A stretch of 61,048 nt of DNA, the filler included. It is 8 parts of 8 records of this genome, joined end to end, with 100 filler letters (N's around TTAATTAATTAA, not from the genome) between each part and the next. Parts side by side here need not be neighbours in the genome. Positions count along the whole stretch, not along the records: positions 17,983 to 28,239 come from SRR20825010_3019; positions 28,340 to 37,434 come from SRR20825010_3021; 6 more parts are not named here. The stretch is one strand, 5' to 3'. Each line of letters begins with the position of its first letter. Within the stretch, counting starts at the first letter, position 1. The notes below the pieces were generated by a model. It did no database searches, was not told the DNA's origin, and worked only from the letters and a program-made list of their open reading frames with translations. Position numbers and translations under genes: made by a program. Below, piece by piece: positions 19,528 to 28,962 of the stretch.

Positions 19528-20234
19528 GCCTGCATTTGATAAGTCACACGCTTTGCCCATACGTTCAGCGCGCGGCGATCTCGCTTGCGGAGAAAAAGGT
19601 CAGGTTTGAGCGGACTTACATTGACCTCGCGAACAAGCCTGACTGGTTCCTCGCAGTGTCGCCTTTGGGCAAGACGCCGGTGCTACTGAAGGGCGAGGTC
19701 CCGATCTTCGAATCTGCGGTGATCCTCGAATATCTAGAAGAGACACAACCCAATCCGCTCCATCCCCATGACGCCCTCGAACGGGCACGCCACAGGGCTT
19801 GGATGGAGTTCGGCTCAGCCGTCCTCAACGACATCGCGGGCTTCTATTCGGCATCCGACGAGGGAGTATTCGACGCGAAAATTGCGGTTCTGCATGAGAA
19901 GTTCAGACGGGTGGAAGCAGAACTTGAAGCAGGACCTTACTTTGCCGGCGACAGGTTCGGTCTCGTCGATGTCGTATTCGGCCCGGTCTTCCGGTATTTC
20001 AACGTGTTCGAAGAGATTGGCGCCTTCGGCATCCTAACCGACCTTCCCAAGATCGACCGTTGGAGGCAAGCGCTCTGTAGCAGAGATAGCGTTGAGAAGG
20101 CCGTTGGCGAAGACTATCCATCTCTGCTGCGCGCATTTCTACTTCGGCGGAACTCATACCTATCTTCGCTCATGCGGACGAATGAAGGTAGACATCGCGC
20201 AACTGCCGGGTTGGAGTCCCAAGTTAAGCCATAG
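19524..20234 (+). CDS. glutathione S-transferase family protein
   Basis: LCPYVQR, KPDWFL..SPLGKTPVL, FESAVI.EYL. Confidence 0.92.
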   Translation: MSLHLISHTLCPYVQRAAISLAEKKVRFERTYIDLANKPDWFLAVSPLGKTPVLLKGEVPIFESAVILEYLEETQPNPLHPHDALERARHRAWMEFGSAVLNDIAGFYSASDEGVFDAKIAVLHEKFRRVEAELEAGPYFAGDRFGLVDVVFGPVFRYFNVFEEIGAFGILTDLPKIDRWRQALCSRDSVEKAVGEDYPSLLRAFLLRRNSYLSSLMRTNEGRHRATAGLESQVKP

Positions 20235-20339
20235 TCTCTTTTTCGAGGTTGCGAGATACCCGAATTGTTCCTGCGGCCTTCCGTGGTGATCGAGATTAGG
20301 AGCAAGCGCCGCCGAAATTTCTAGGACCTGAGAACTCGA

Positions 20340-21281
20340 ATGCAACGCCTCTCTGTTTTGGACCTCAAAGCGATTGAGACCGTCGCGGAAACAGGCAGCT
20401 TCCGCAAGTCGGCCCTTCGACTTGGCATTGGTCAACCTGCTATTTCCCGTCGGGTGGCTCGAGTGGAGGACAGGATTGGGGTTTCGCTGTTCGAACGGCG
20501 TCGGAGTGGAGCGAGGCTGACCCTTGCGGGACGTGTATTTGTGGGACGAGCGCGTGGCATCTTGAATGACCTGAGTGCAGCATGGGACATGGCGCGCAGT
20601 GTGGGGGAAGCCAAAACCGGAGAGTTGCGGATCGGACTAATCGCCTCGTTATCAAGAGGAACTCTTCGATGCGTCATCGAAGAGTTTTTGCTTGGTCACC
20701 CGGACGTCCACCTGAGCTTTACTGAGGCAGAGCGCGGCGAACTTCTCAGCTTGCTGAATCATCGTGAGATCGACGTCTTCATCGCCACAGGGACCAATTC
20801 TCTAGCAATCGGTGACACGATGGTCCTCGACGAGGAAAGAACTTATCTTGCTGTGCCGTCCAATTCGCATTTGGCCGTGAAGACGCAGCTTACCTGGACC
20901 GATGTCGAAGACGAAACTTATCTCGTCAGCAAACGCGAGGCCGGTCAGGACATCCACGACTACATCCACCGCCGAATATCCGATCTTGGCAAACCCGTCA
21001 GTTTGCAATGGCACCGGCTCGGACACGAAGGAATCATGACCTTAGTTGGACTTGGGCTCGGTATCAGCCTCATCGCCGATCATTGGCGCGGAGTCTCATA
21101 TCCGAATGTGACATTTGTTCGGATTGGTGAGGCAGACGAGCGCATACCGTTCTCCTTGGTTTGGCGACCCGAGAATGACAATCCGGCGCTCAGGCGTTTT
21201 TTGAGTTTGGCGCGGGTTCATGCGAAGGGGGCTGCCTCCTCTCTTTCCGAAGTTTCGCAAAACCGCGATCCGTGGCCATGA
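20340..21281 (+). CDS. LysR family regulator
   Basis: GSFRKSA..LG..QPAISRRV..VE HTH; C-terminal NDNPALRRFL. Confidence 0.9.
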   Translation: MQRLSVLDLKAIETVAETGSFRKSALRLGIGQPAISRRVARVEDRIGVSLFERRRSGARLTLAGRVFVGRARGILNDLSAAWDMARSVGEAKTGELRIGLIASLSRGTLRCVIEEFLLGHPDVHLSFTEAERGELLSLLNHREIDVFIATGTNSLAIGDTMVLDEERTYLAVPSNSHLAVKTQLTWTDVEDETYLVSKREAGQDIHDYIHRRISDLGKPVSLQWHRLGHEGIMTLVGLGLGISLIADHWRGVSYPNVTFVRIGEADERIPFSLVWRPENDNPALRRFLSLARVHAKGAASSLSEVSQNRDPWP

Positions 21282-21450
21282 ACCGCGCCAACATAGGCGC
21301 GATAAGCTTTCCGGCTTCGTTCTTCTGCCCAGTCTCGCAGGCCAGCACATCAGCATAGGCGACAAGATCGCGATGCACGTCTGCTGGCAATTCAATGCTC
21401 AGCTTGACAGGTTTGTTGTCTGGGATAGCGCCCAGTTTTAGTTTGCTCAT
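21190..21450 (-). CDS. DUF2274 domain protein
   Basis: MSKLKLG...D.KPVKL...LPA.VHRDLVAYA...LIAPML.RFMATDRGF; usual position after trbI. Confidence 0.85.
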   Translation of the reverse strand: MSKLKLGAIPDNKPVKLSIELPADVHRDLVAYADVLACETGQKNEAGKLIAPMLARFMATDRGFAKLRKERRQPPSHEPAPNSKNA

Positions 21451-21453
21451 GGA

Positions 21454-22632
21454 TCAATTCCGATAGGGTTCGAGGATGAGGTCGCGCGTGACCATGACGC
21501 GGACCGGAAAACCGGGGCGAATCGTCAAGGTCGGCGGGATGGAAATCTGACGGCGGACGATCTCGTCCCCGGCGCGCCCGATTGTGTCCTGGGTTCCCTC
21601 ACGAATGGCACGGGCGATGTCGTCGTCGTCATCGGCGCCCAGTTCCACACCGATGTTCAGGACGGTGGCGAGCCCAGCCGCCATGAATAGCCGACCCCAG
21701 TGGTTGTTGACGCCGTCTTCCAGCCCGGCATAGCCCGCTTCGTCGGCGCCGGGCTGGCGTTCGAGAACGATGGAGCGCCCATTGGGCAGGATCAACCGTG
21801 TCCAGGCCAGCAGCACGCGGCTTTGCCCGAAAGCGACGCGGCTGTCGTATTCACCGATGAGGCGCGCCCCTTGGGGGATCAGCAGGAACCGTCCGGTCGG
21901 GCTGTCATAGACATTGGACGTCACCTGCGCGGTGATCTGGCCGGGAAGATCGGATCGCAGGCCGGTCACGAGGGCCGCCGGAACGACCGCTCCGGCTTGC
22001 ACGACATAAGGGCTTGGAGGGTCGACGAGTCGATCCGCGGCGGTCGTTCGGCGCTCAACGGGTTCGTCGAGGAAGGCTTCCTGTCTGTCCGTGGCGTCTG
22101 GCGTGACGCCGGTTGCACTCGCGGGAAAGAATGATCCGGCGCCGGATGGTGTCGGAGAAACTGCGGTCGAATTTTGCTGGGGTCCGCTGGTGGAGGTCTT
22201 GGCTTCGGCGAAAAGGCGACTGAGCCGGGCGGCCTCCAATTCTTGCAACCGGCGCTGTTCGTCAGGATCGACGGCAGGCGCAGTGACGACCGCCGGCACA
22301 GGCTGACCGCGTTGTTGAGCTGACAGGATCGGCCGCCCGAGCTCACCGGGCAGTGGCGGTCCAAGTCGAGGTATGCGTGTATAGTCGGTCGGAAGGCGCG
22401 ACAGACCTTCGGCTGCCTGGATGCGCTCGGTCGAATAGAGCTCCGTCGGTCCATCGGCCGGTTTGCGATCTTGCAGAGCCACAATCAGGATGGCGCCGAG
22501 ACCGAGTCCGCTGGCCGCGCCAAGAACCGTCAGCGTGCGACGCGATAGCCGCATGACCCTTGGCGGATCGACGCGCAGCCGCAAGGAGGCGGCGATCCTT
22601 TTGTCCTCACGGGGTTCTCTATCCTCGCTCAT
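21454..22632 (-). CDS. trbI: conjugal transfer protein TrbI (VirB10)
   Basis: AG.VVPAALVTGLRSDLPG, LLIPQGARLIG.YDS, PPTLTIRPG. Confidence 0.93.
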   Translation of the reverse strand: MSEDREPREDKRIAASLRLRVDPPRVMRLSRRTLTVLGAASGLGLGAILIVALQDRKPADGPTELYSTERIQAAEGLSRLPTDYTRIPRLGPPLPGELGRPILSAQQRGQPVPAVVTAPAVDPDEQRRLQELEAARLSRLFAEAKTSTSGPQQNSTAVSPTPSGAGSFFPASATGVTPDATDRQEAFLDEPVERRTTAADRLVDPPSPYVVQAGAVVPAALVTGLRSDLPGQITAQVTSNVYDSPTGRFLLIPQGARLIGEYDSRVAFGQSRVLLAWTRLILPNGRSIVLERQPGADEAGYAGLEDGVNNHWGRLFMAAGLATVLNIGVELGADDDDDIARAIREGTQDTIGRAGDEIVRRQISIPPTLTIRPGFPVRVMVTRDLILEPYRN

Positions 22633-23666
22633 TTGCGCGGCCCCACGGCGCGAGGACGTGACGCGGTAGGGGCGTTGCGGCTCACCCCGTCGGTACGGAC
22701 GATCCGCACACGTTTCTGCCTGTCACCGAGACGCAGTTCGGCGGCGGCGAAAAGCCGATCGACGATCATGTAGTTGCGGGCGATACGGTAGTTGACGAGC
22801 TGGCCTTCGCCTTCCGGTCCGATGACGAAGAGCGGCGGCATTTCCCCCTGACCGATCCCGCGCGGGAACTCGATGAAGACCTGCCGCCCATCGTCGAAGG
22901 CGCGAAGCGGCCGCCAGGGCGCGCGGTCGCCCTCGATCCGGTAGCGGAAGCGCAAGGAGTCGAGCGCCACGTCGCGTCCGATCGGGAAGGCTGCTTCCGC
23001 CTCGGCGTTGCGCCGCCTGAGCGCGATCAAGGCGTCTTCGGCATAGGTCCAGGAGACGGACGCCATGTAGGCGGACGGGTTCGCTCTCAGTTCGAGATGA
23101 TAGGTCCGCCGATCCGTATTGATGACGAGGTTGGTCTGAAGATCCGGTCGCGTCGGTTTGACCAGGATGTGGATCCGCTGGCTGTCGCCTGCACCGCTCT
23201 GGGTGTCGCCGATGATCCAGCGCGCCGTGTCGCCGGCCGCGATCGGCCCGGAGCCAACTAGGCTCTCTCCGGGCTGCAGGGCGATATCGGTGATCTGCCC
23301 CGGCGATGCGTAAACCTGATAGAGCGCACCCTCGTTATAGGGATAGAGTTGTACGGCGTTGATGAAGCCGTCGCGTACCGGCTCCATCCGGGCGGCGGCG
23401 TTCGCTTCGTTCACCCGTTCGGCGGGATCGGCAGATTCCGGCGCCCGGTCTCCCCCATTGATCGGCTTGAGTTGACCGGGCAGCGGCAAGGGACTGGTGC
23501 GCTCGACGATCCGTACCGGACGCTCCGGTTCAGGAAGAAGCGTCGCTTCGATCGGAGGGGTGTCGTAAGCGATCTCAGGCGGCTTGAATGTCGAGCATCC
23601 CGAGAGCGCGGTCGCGGCGAGAAGCACCGTCATGGAGGCTTTGTTCAGGCGAAGTGTTTTTATCAT
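22629..23666 (-). CDS. trbG: conjugal transfer protein TrbG (VirB9)
   Basis: TDIALQPGE, GDTARW, TNLVINTDRRTY, RAFDDG.QVFI. Confidence 0.93.
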   Translation of the reverse strand: MIKTLRLNKASMTVLLAATALSGCSTFKPPEIAYDTPPIEATLLPEPERPVRIVERTSPLPLPGQLKPINGGDRAPESADPAERVNEANAAARMEPVRDGFINAVQLYPYNEGALYQVYASPGQITDIALQPGESLVGSGPIAAGDTARWIIGDTQSGAGDSQRIHILVKPTRPDLQTNLVINTDRRTYHLELRANPSAYMASVSWTYAEDALIALRRRNAEAEAAFPIGRDVALDSLRFRYRIEGDRAPWRPLRAFDDGRQVFIEFPRGIGQGEMPPLFVIGPEGEGQLVNYRIARNYMIVDRLFAAAELRLGDRQKRVRIVRTDGVSRNAPTASRPRAVGPRK

Positions 23667-24349
23667 TGGGCGGACTCCCGGGACCAGTTGATGGCGTTGA
23701 CGAAGATGCCGAGCGGGTTTTTGCGCAGGCGCTCGGCGTCGCGCGGCTGTTGCAGAACGATGGTGAGAATGGCGGTCCAGCGTTCGGTCGCGGCGAGCTG
23801 TCCGTTGGCGTAACGGCGCTCGATCCAGGCGATGCGGAAGCTGCTCTCGGAGGCGCGGATAACGCTGGAGACTTCGATCGAGATCTGCGTGTCGCCGACC
23901 TTGGCGAAAGGATCGTTCACCCTGGCGTAGTCATTGAGCGCCAGCGCGCCCTTGTCGGTCGTGAAATCATACGCGTGCAGCCAGTTCTGGCGCAGCACGA
24001 TGGGATCGGCGGGGATTTGGCGCACATTCTCGATAAAGCGCGAGAGGTGGTATGCGATTTGCGGATCGGTTGGACGGAAGTCCGCGGTGGCGGGCGCCAC
24101 CGCTTGCGCCGCGCCAAGCCTGTCCACCTCGACAACATAGGGCGTGATCGTCCCTTGCGTGGATTGCCAGACCAGAGCGGCGCTGAGCCCGCCTGAGAGC
24201 AGCAACGAGCCGAACGCCATTACCCGCCAGTTTCTGGCTTGCACGCGGGCGGACCCGATGCGCTCGTCCCAGACCTGTGCGGCCTTCTGATACGGCGTGA
24301 CGGGCTCGGGGGTCTTGGAATAACGAACGCTCGGGCGACGGAAGATCAT
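23663..24349 (-). CDS. trbF: conjugal transfer protein TrbF (VirB8-like)
   Basis: TPYQKAAQVWDERIGSARVQA.NWR, NPLGIFV. Confidence 0.93.
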   Translation of the reverse strand: MIFRRPSVRYSKTPEPVTPYQKAAQVWDERIGSARVQARNWRVMAFGSLLLSGGLSAALVWQSTQGTITPYVVEVDRLGAAQAVAPATADFRPTDPQIAYHLSRFIENVRQIPADPIVLRQNWLHAYDFTTDKGALALNDYARVNDPFAKVGDTQISIEVSSVIRASESSFRIAWIERRYANGQLAATERWTAILTIVLQQPRDAERLRKNPLGIFVNAINWSRESAQ

Positions 24350-25632
24350 GATTTCTCCGAAAGGCTGACAGCGGTCCCGCCGCCGCCATGGTCGCCGGAG
24401 CGAACGGCATGAGCTGCGACGGCGGCGCCGTGGTGAAGGGTTTGCTGTTGTTTCATGCGGCGCGCCCAGGCCGGCGGTCCGTCGTTCGTCGACGTGGCGG
24501 GCTCGGGGCTATTGCTGAACTTGCCGCCGGTCGCTTCGAAGGCGGCGCGCGCGCCGGAGCGGTAGCTTTCGCTCATTGAACGGCGAAGCGGGTTCGTCGC
24601 TGCGCCGACGCCGGCTTTTCCGACGCTGGCGAGACCCGCGGCGACACCTGATGCGCCGCCGCCAGCAGCGGCGTTTCCCATGCTGTAGGCGGTCGAGGCG
24701 CCGCCAGCGACTGCCGCCGCGCCGCGCGCTCCTGCGCCGGCCGCTCCCACGGCCATCCGGGCGCCGGCGACCCCGCCGACAGCGAGCCCGCCGGCGGCGA
24801 GGCCTGCGCCAACCGCAGCGCCTGCGCCGAATTGCGGTCCGCCCGAGACGATGCCGTTGGCGATGCCCGGACCGAAGATGCCGAGCGCCAGCATTGAAAG
24901 CGCGGCCAGAACGATGGCCATGGCGTCTTCTATGGTCGGCTCGCCCGTGAACCCAGCGGTGAACTCGCCAAAGATGGTCGAGCCGATGCCGACGATCACG
25001 GCGAGCACCAGCACCTTGACGCCGGACGAGATCACCAGCCCGAGCACCCGCTCGGCCATGAAGGCGGTTTTGTTGAAGAGGCCGAAGGGCACGAGGATGA
25101 AGCCGGCCAGCGTGGCGAGCTTGAACTCGATCAGCGTGACGAAGAGCTGAATCGCAAGGATGAAGAAGGACAGGAGAACGACCAGCCAGGCGAACAGCAG
25201 GATGATGATCTGGAGGAAATTCTCGAAGAAAGAGACAAAGCCCATCAGATCGGAAATCGATGTGAGAATCGGACGGCCCGCATCAAGGCCGATCTCCGCG
25301 ATGCGGCCGGGCTGAAGCAGCTCGCCGGGGCTGAGACTGCCGCCGGAAGCGATGAGGCCGAGACCGGCGAAGCTTTCGAAAACGATGCGGGCGAGCGCGT
25401 TCCAGTTGCCGATGATGTAGGCGAAGACGCCGACGAAGAGCGTTTTCTTGATGAGCCGGGCGAGAATGTCGTCGTCGGCGCCCCAGGCCCAGAAGAGCGC
25501 GGCGAGCGTCACGTCGATGACGATCAGGGTCGTTGCCAGGAAGGCGACGTCGCCGCCGAGCAGGCCAAAGCCGCTGTCGATGTAGGAGGTGAAGACCTGC
25601 AGGAAGCGGTCAATGACGCCAACGCCGCCCAT
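24346..25632 (-). CDS. trbL: conjugal transfer protein TrbL (VirB6)
   Basis: YIDSGFGLL, multi-TM core, Gly/Ala-rich tail with PPAWARR. Confidence 0.93.
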   Translation of the reverse strand: MGGVGVIDRFLQVFTSYIDSGFGLLGGDVAFLATTLIVIDVTLAALFWAWGADDDILARLIKKTLFVGVFAYIIGNWNALARIVFESFAGLGLIASGGSLSPGELLQPGRIAEIGLDAGRPILTSISDLMGFVSFFENFLQIIILLFAWLVVLLSFFILAIQLFVTLIEFKLATLAGFILVPFGLFNKTAFMAERVLGLVISSGVKVLVLAVIVGIGSTIFGEFTAGFTGEPTIEDAMAIVLAALSMLALGIFGPGIANGIVSGGPQFGAGAAVGAGLAAGGLAVGGVAGARMAVGAAGAGARGAAAVAGGASTAYSMGNAAAGGGASGVAAGLASVGKAGVGAATNPLRRSMSESYRSGARAAFEATGGKFSNSPEPATSTNDGPPAWARRMKQQQTLHHGAAVAAHAVRSGDHGGGGTAVSLSEKS

Positions 25633-25635
25633 ATC

Positions 25636-25908
25636 CTACTCCTTCTCGGGATCGTCGCCAGGAAGCCCGAGAAACCGGCGGCGTTGCTCTGCCCAGGCGG
25701 CGCGACACGTCGTGTCGGTTTCCAGCTCTTCCGGCGTCACCGTCCGGCAGCGAGAAAGTTCCGCCTGCAAAGGATCGTCGCTCGCCGACGATCTCGCCGG
25801 CGTTTCCGAAGTGACCGTGTTCGCCAGTTCAACCGCGGCGAAGAGCGCAGCGAGCCCGCCCAGGGCGATAGCGACGAGCCTGATGATTTGGTCGGGAGAG
25901 CTGCGCAC
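25636..25908 (-). CDS. trbK: entry-exclusion protein TrbK-alt
   Basis: DPLQAEL.RC...C.AAWAE.RRRFLG; between trbJ and trbL. Confidence 0.8.
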   Translation of the reverse strand: MRSSPDQIIRLVAIALGGLAALFAAVELANTVTSETPARSSASDDPLQAELSRCRTVTPEELETDTTCRAAWAEQRRRFLGLPGDDPEKE

Positions 25909-25913
25909 GGAAC

Positions 25914-26654
25914 TTACCGGAACATGCTGACGGCGGTTGGCGTGTAGCCGGACCCGTAGTCGAGGAAGCGATTGAGGTTCTCGCGCCCCTGCGCTTCAGC
26001 GGAGGCTCGCCGAGCCGCGTCCAGCGCGTCCGCGCGGTTCTGCGCGGCGATGGCGGCGGTAAGGTCCGTCATCTGCTGGCTTTGCAAGGCGAGCAGTTGA
26101 TTGCCGGCCTGCGCTGCCTGCAAGGCGCCGACCGCACCCTGGCTTTGCGAGACGAGAGTGCTCAGTTCCGTGCGCGTCGCTTCAATGTTGCCGACGACAC
26201 CTGCCTGGACCTTCAATGCGTCTTCATAGCCCGCAACCGAGGTCCGCCAGCGCGCTTCGGCATTGGCGTTCATGGCGGCGAAATCGCCGGTTGCTGCGGC
26301 GTCTCCATATTGTTCTGAGAAGACGCGTTCGATTTCGGAGACGACGTATCCAACGCGCTGCGCTTCGCCCAACAGATCTTCTGTCTGCTGCATGATCGAT
26401 CGCAGACGCGCCAGCGATGAGTGCGGCAGGTTTGCGAGGTTGCGTCCCTGGTTGATCAACATCTGCGCCTCGTTCTGAAGCTGCGTGATCTGATTGTTGA
26501 TCATTTCGAGGGTGCGCGCGGCGGTCAGAATGTTCTGCGCAAGGTTGGTCGGATCGATGACGACGTCGCCGACGCCGAACAGCGCATAGGCCGGTTGCAT
26601 GGGCGCCAAAGCGATGGCTCCGGTCAGCATGAGAGCGGCGAATTTCTTACGCAT
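25914..26654 (-). CDS. trbJ: conjugal transfer protein TrbJ (VirB5)
   Basis: signal peptide, V.DPTN.AQN.LTAARTL, GALQAAQAGNQL; true start is the ATG at 26654. Confidence 0.92.
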   Translation of the reverse strand: MRKKFAALMLTGAIALAPMQPAYALFGVGDVVIDPTNLAQNILTAARTLEMINNQITQLQNEAQMLINQGRNLANLPHSSLARLRSIMQQTEDLLGEAQRVGYVVSEIERVFSEQYGDAAATGDFAAMNANAEARWRTSVAGYEDALKVQAGVVGNIEATRTELSTLVSQSQGAVGALQAAQAGNQLLALQSQQMTDLTAAIAAQNRADALDAARRASAEAQGRENLNRFLDYGSGYTPTAVSMFR

Positions 26655-28239
26655 GAGTAGTCTCCTTGGTTTGAGGGGATGGGATCGGATCAGGTGCTTG
26701 GCCGAGCAGTTCGACGGCCCAATCGAGACCGCGACGGGCGAGCCAGGCTGCGGCGAAACCGTCTCGCCCGTGTTCGGCGAGAATGTCGGTAATGGCGGCG
26801 TGATCGGTCTTCGACGATGCGGCCGTGAAGGCGAGCGCGACCTCGCCGAGACCGAGCGAGAAAAGCCGATTGCCGCGCCGCGACTGGCAGTAATAGTCAC
26901 GCTTCGGCATGGCCCGCGCGACGATCTCGATCTGGCGTTCATTGAGGCCGAAGCGGCGGTAGATATCGGCGATCTGAGGCTCGAAGGCGCGCTCGTTCGG
27001 CAGGAAAATCCGCGTCGGGCAGCTCTCGACGATGGCGGGTGCAATCGCGGAATTGTCGATGTCAGCAAGCGATTGCGTTGCGAAGAGGACGGACGCGTTC
27101 TTCTTCCGCAATGTCTTCAGCCATTCGCGGAGTTGGCCGCCAAAAGTGCCGTCATCGAGCGCGAGCCAGCCTTCATCGACGATGATGAGGCTCGGACGTC
27201 CGTCGAGGCGATCCTCGATCCGGTGGAACAGATAGGCGAGCACGGCGGGCGCTGCCGCCGACCCGATCAGCCCTTCGGTCTCGAAGGCCTGGAAATCGGC
27301 CGTTCCGAGCTCTTCAGTTTCGGCGTCGAGCAAACGCCCGAAGGGGCCGCCAAGACAGAATGGCGCCAATGCCTGTTTGAGTTCGGTCGACTGCAACAGG
27401 ACGGAAAGCCCTGTGAGCGTTCGTTCTCCTACGGGCGCCGAGGCGAGCGACGTCAGCGTTGACCAGAGATGATCCCGCGCGACCGGATTGATGGTGACGC
27501 CTTCACGCGCGATCAGGCCGGACAACCAGTCCTGCGCCCAGGCGCGTTCGCTCGTCTCGTCGATGTTGCGGAGCGGCTGAAGCTGGACGGCGGCTTCGTC
27601 ATCCGAGAGCGCGCCGGCGAGATCCTGCCAGTCGCCACCACAGGCGACGGTCGCACAGCGGATCGAGCCGCCGAAGTCGAAGGCGAATACTTGGCTACGC
27701 CCGTAGCGAGGAAATTGCAGCGCCATCAACGCCAGCAACACGGATTTGCCCGAGCCGGTCGGACCGACGACCAACGTGTGCCCGACATCGCCGACATGGG
27801 GCGAAAAGCGGAACGGGGTCGAGCCTTCCGTCTCCGCGTAAAAGAGCGGCGGACCGTCCAGATGATCGTTGCGCGCCGGTCCTGCCCAGACCGCCGAGAT
27901 CGGGATCATGTGGGCGAGATTGAGCGTGGAGACCGGCGGTTGACGGACATTGGCGTAGAGATGGCCAGGCAGCGAGCCGAGCCACGCCTCGATGGCGTTC
28001 AAGGTCTCGGGCTTGCAGGTGAAGTCACGTCCCTGGATGACCTTTTCGGCCGCCTTTAGCTTTGCGTCCGCGACAGCTTCGTCCTCATCCCAGACGGTCA
28101 GTGTCGCGGTGATGTAGGCAGCGCCCGCCATGTCGGCGCCGAGCTCCTGCAAGGCTTCATCGGCGTCGGCGGCCTTGTTCGCCGCGTCGCTATCGAGCAG
28201 CGTCGACGCCTCGTTGGTCATCACCTCTTTCAGGATCGC
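26647..28239 (-). CDS. trbE: conjugal transfer ATPase TrbE (VirB4), 5'-truncated
   Basis: Walker A GPTGSGKS, Walker B IVDEGW, WLKTLRKKN, FATQS. Confidence 0.95.
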   Translation of the reverse strand, partial: AILKEVMTNEASTLLDSDAANKAADADEALQELGADMAGAAYITATLTVWDEDEAVADAKLKAAEKVIQGRDFTCKPETLNAIEAWLGSLPGHLYANVRQPPVSTLNLAHMIPISAVWAGPARNDHLDGPPLFYAETEGSTPFRFSPHVGDVGHTLVVGPTGSGKSVLLALMALQFPRYGRSQVFAFDFGGSIRCATVACGGDWQDLAGALSDDEAAVQLQPLRNIDETSERAWAQDWLSGLIAREGVTINPVARDHLWSTLTSLASAPVGERTLTGLSVLLQSTELKQALAPFCLGGPFGRLLDAETEELGTADFQAFETEGLIGSAAAPAVLAYLFHRIEDRLDGRPSLIIVDEGWLALDDGTFGGQLREWLKTLRKKNASVLFATQSLADIDNSAIAPAIVESCPTRIFLPNERAFEPQIADIYRRFGLNERQIEIVARAMPKRDYYCQSRRGNRLFSLGLGEVALAFTAASSKTDHAAITDILAEHGRDGFAAAWLARRGLDWAVELLGQAPDPIPSPQTKETTHA

Positions 28240-28339
28240 NNNNNNNNNNNNNNNNNNNNNNNNNNNNNNNNNNNNNNNNNNNNTTAATTAATTAANNNNN
28301 NNNNNNNNNNNNNNNNNNNNNNNNNNNNNNNNNNNNNNN
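28240..28339. other. artificial contig linker
   Basis: 44 N + TTAATTAATTAA + 44 N. Confidence 0.99.
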
Positions 28340-28819
28340 CGCGTGGGTCATGGCGTCCACGTCCGGGTTAACCCGAATTGAAACAGGGGCGACTTTGCCG
28401 AGCTGGCCAGCAACCACATTTAGTGCCTCAAGCTCGGCTTCGCTTTCCACACTGAACTGCTTGATGCCAGCGTGGAGCGCGGCTTCCATTTCCTCATCGG
28501 TTTTACCAACACCTGAAAAGACGATGCGCTCACCGGGTATGCCAGCCTTGAGAGCGCGCATCAGCTCTCCCAGGCTCACCACATCCGCCCCCGCACCCTC
28601 ACGAGCAAGGGTTGCCAGCACCGCCTGGTTGCTGTTGGCTTTCACCGCAAAGCAGATCAGCGGCTGAATGTCGGCGAAGGCTTCCTTGAAAACCCTGTAG
28701 TGACGCCTGAGCGTCGCCGTCGAGTATACATATACCGGTGTGCCGACCTCTTCCGCGATTTGCGAAAGGGCAACATCTTCGGCATGCATCGCGCCGTCTT
28801 TATACTGGAAATGGTCCAT
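28340..28819 (-). CDS. lysA: diaminopimelate decarboxylase, 3'-truncated
   Basis: GTPVYVYS, FAVKANSN (PLP Lys), DVVS.GE, FSGVGK, RVNPDV. Confidence 0.94.
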
Positions 28820-28836
28820 CGGGTCTCCGGCTCACT

Positions 28837-28962
28837 TTAATCGTTGCTGTTCTGGTAGCTTGGCGGTGGCTTGACATCGCCCTTTTTCCCGCATGCACTC
28901 AGGCTGGCGCCAGTGCATAAAAGCACGCTCATGATGACGACAGATTTGATCAGTTGTTTCAT
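28837..28962 (-). CDS. small lipoprotein, LptM/LppL-like (41 aa, absent from ORF track)
   Basis: [41 protein letters not shown]; lipobox LSAC then GKKG; ATG overlaps argH stop; sits between argH and lysA. Confidence 0.82.
   Translation of the reverse strand: MKQLIKSVVIMSVLLCTGASLSACGKKGDVKPPPSYQNSND

Larger units (their letters stand above)
17983..28239. mobile_element. integrative conjugative element with Trb-type T4SS (Tn4371-like gene order), partial
   Basis: trbE-J-K-L-F-G-I-DUF2274 block, then LysR and cargo genes, ending at a tRNA 3' end. Confidence 0.8.

Noticed and set aside
21190-21281. 92-nt convergent overlap of LysR and DUF2274
   Set aside because: Involves only non-conserved C-terminal tails; no evidence of function
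26655-27068. Long N-terminal extension of trbJ
   Set aside because: Overlaps trbE; the signal peptide begins at the ATG at 26654
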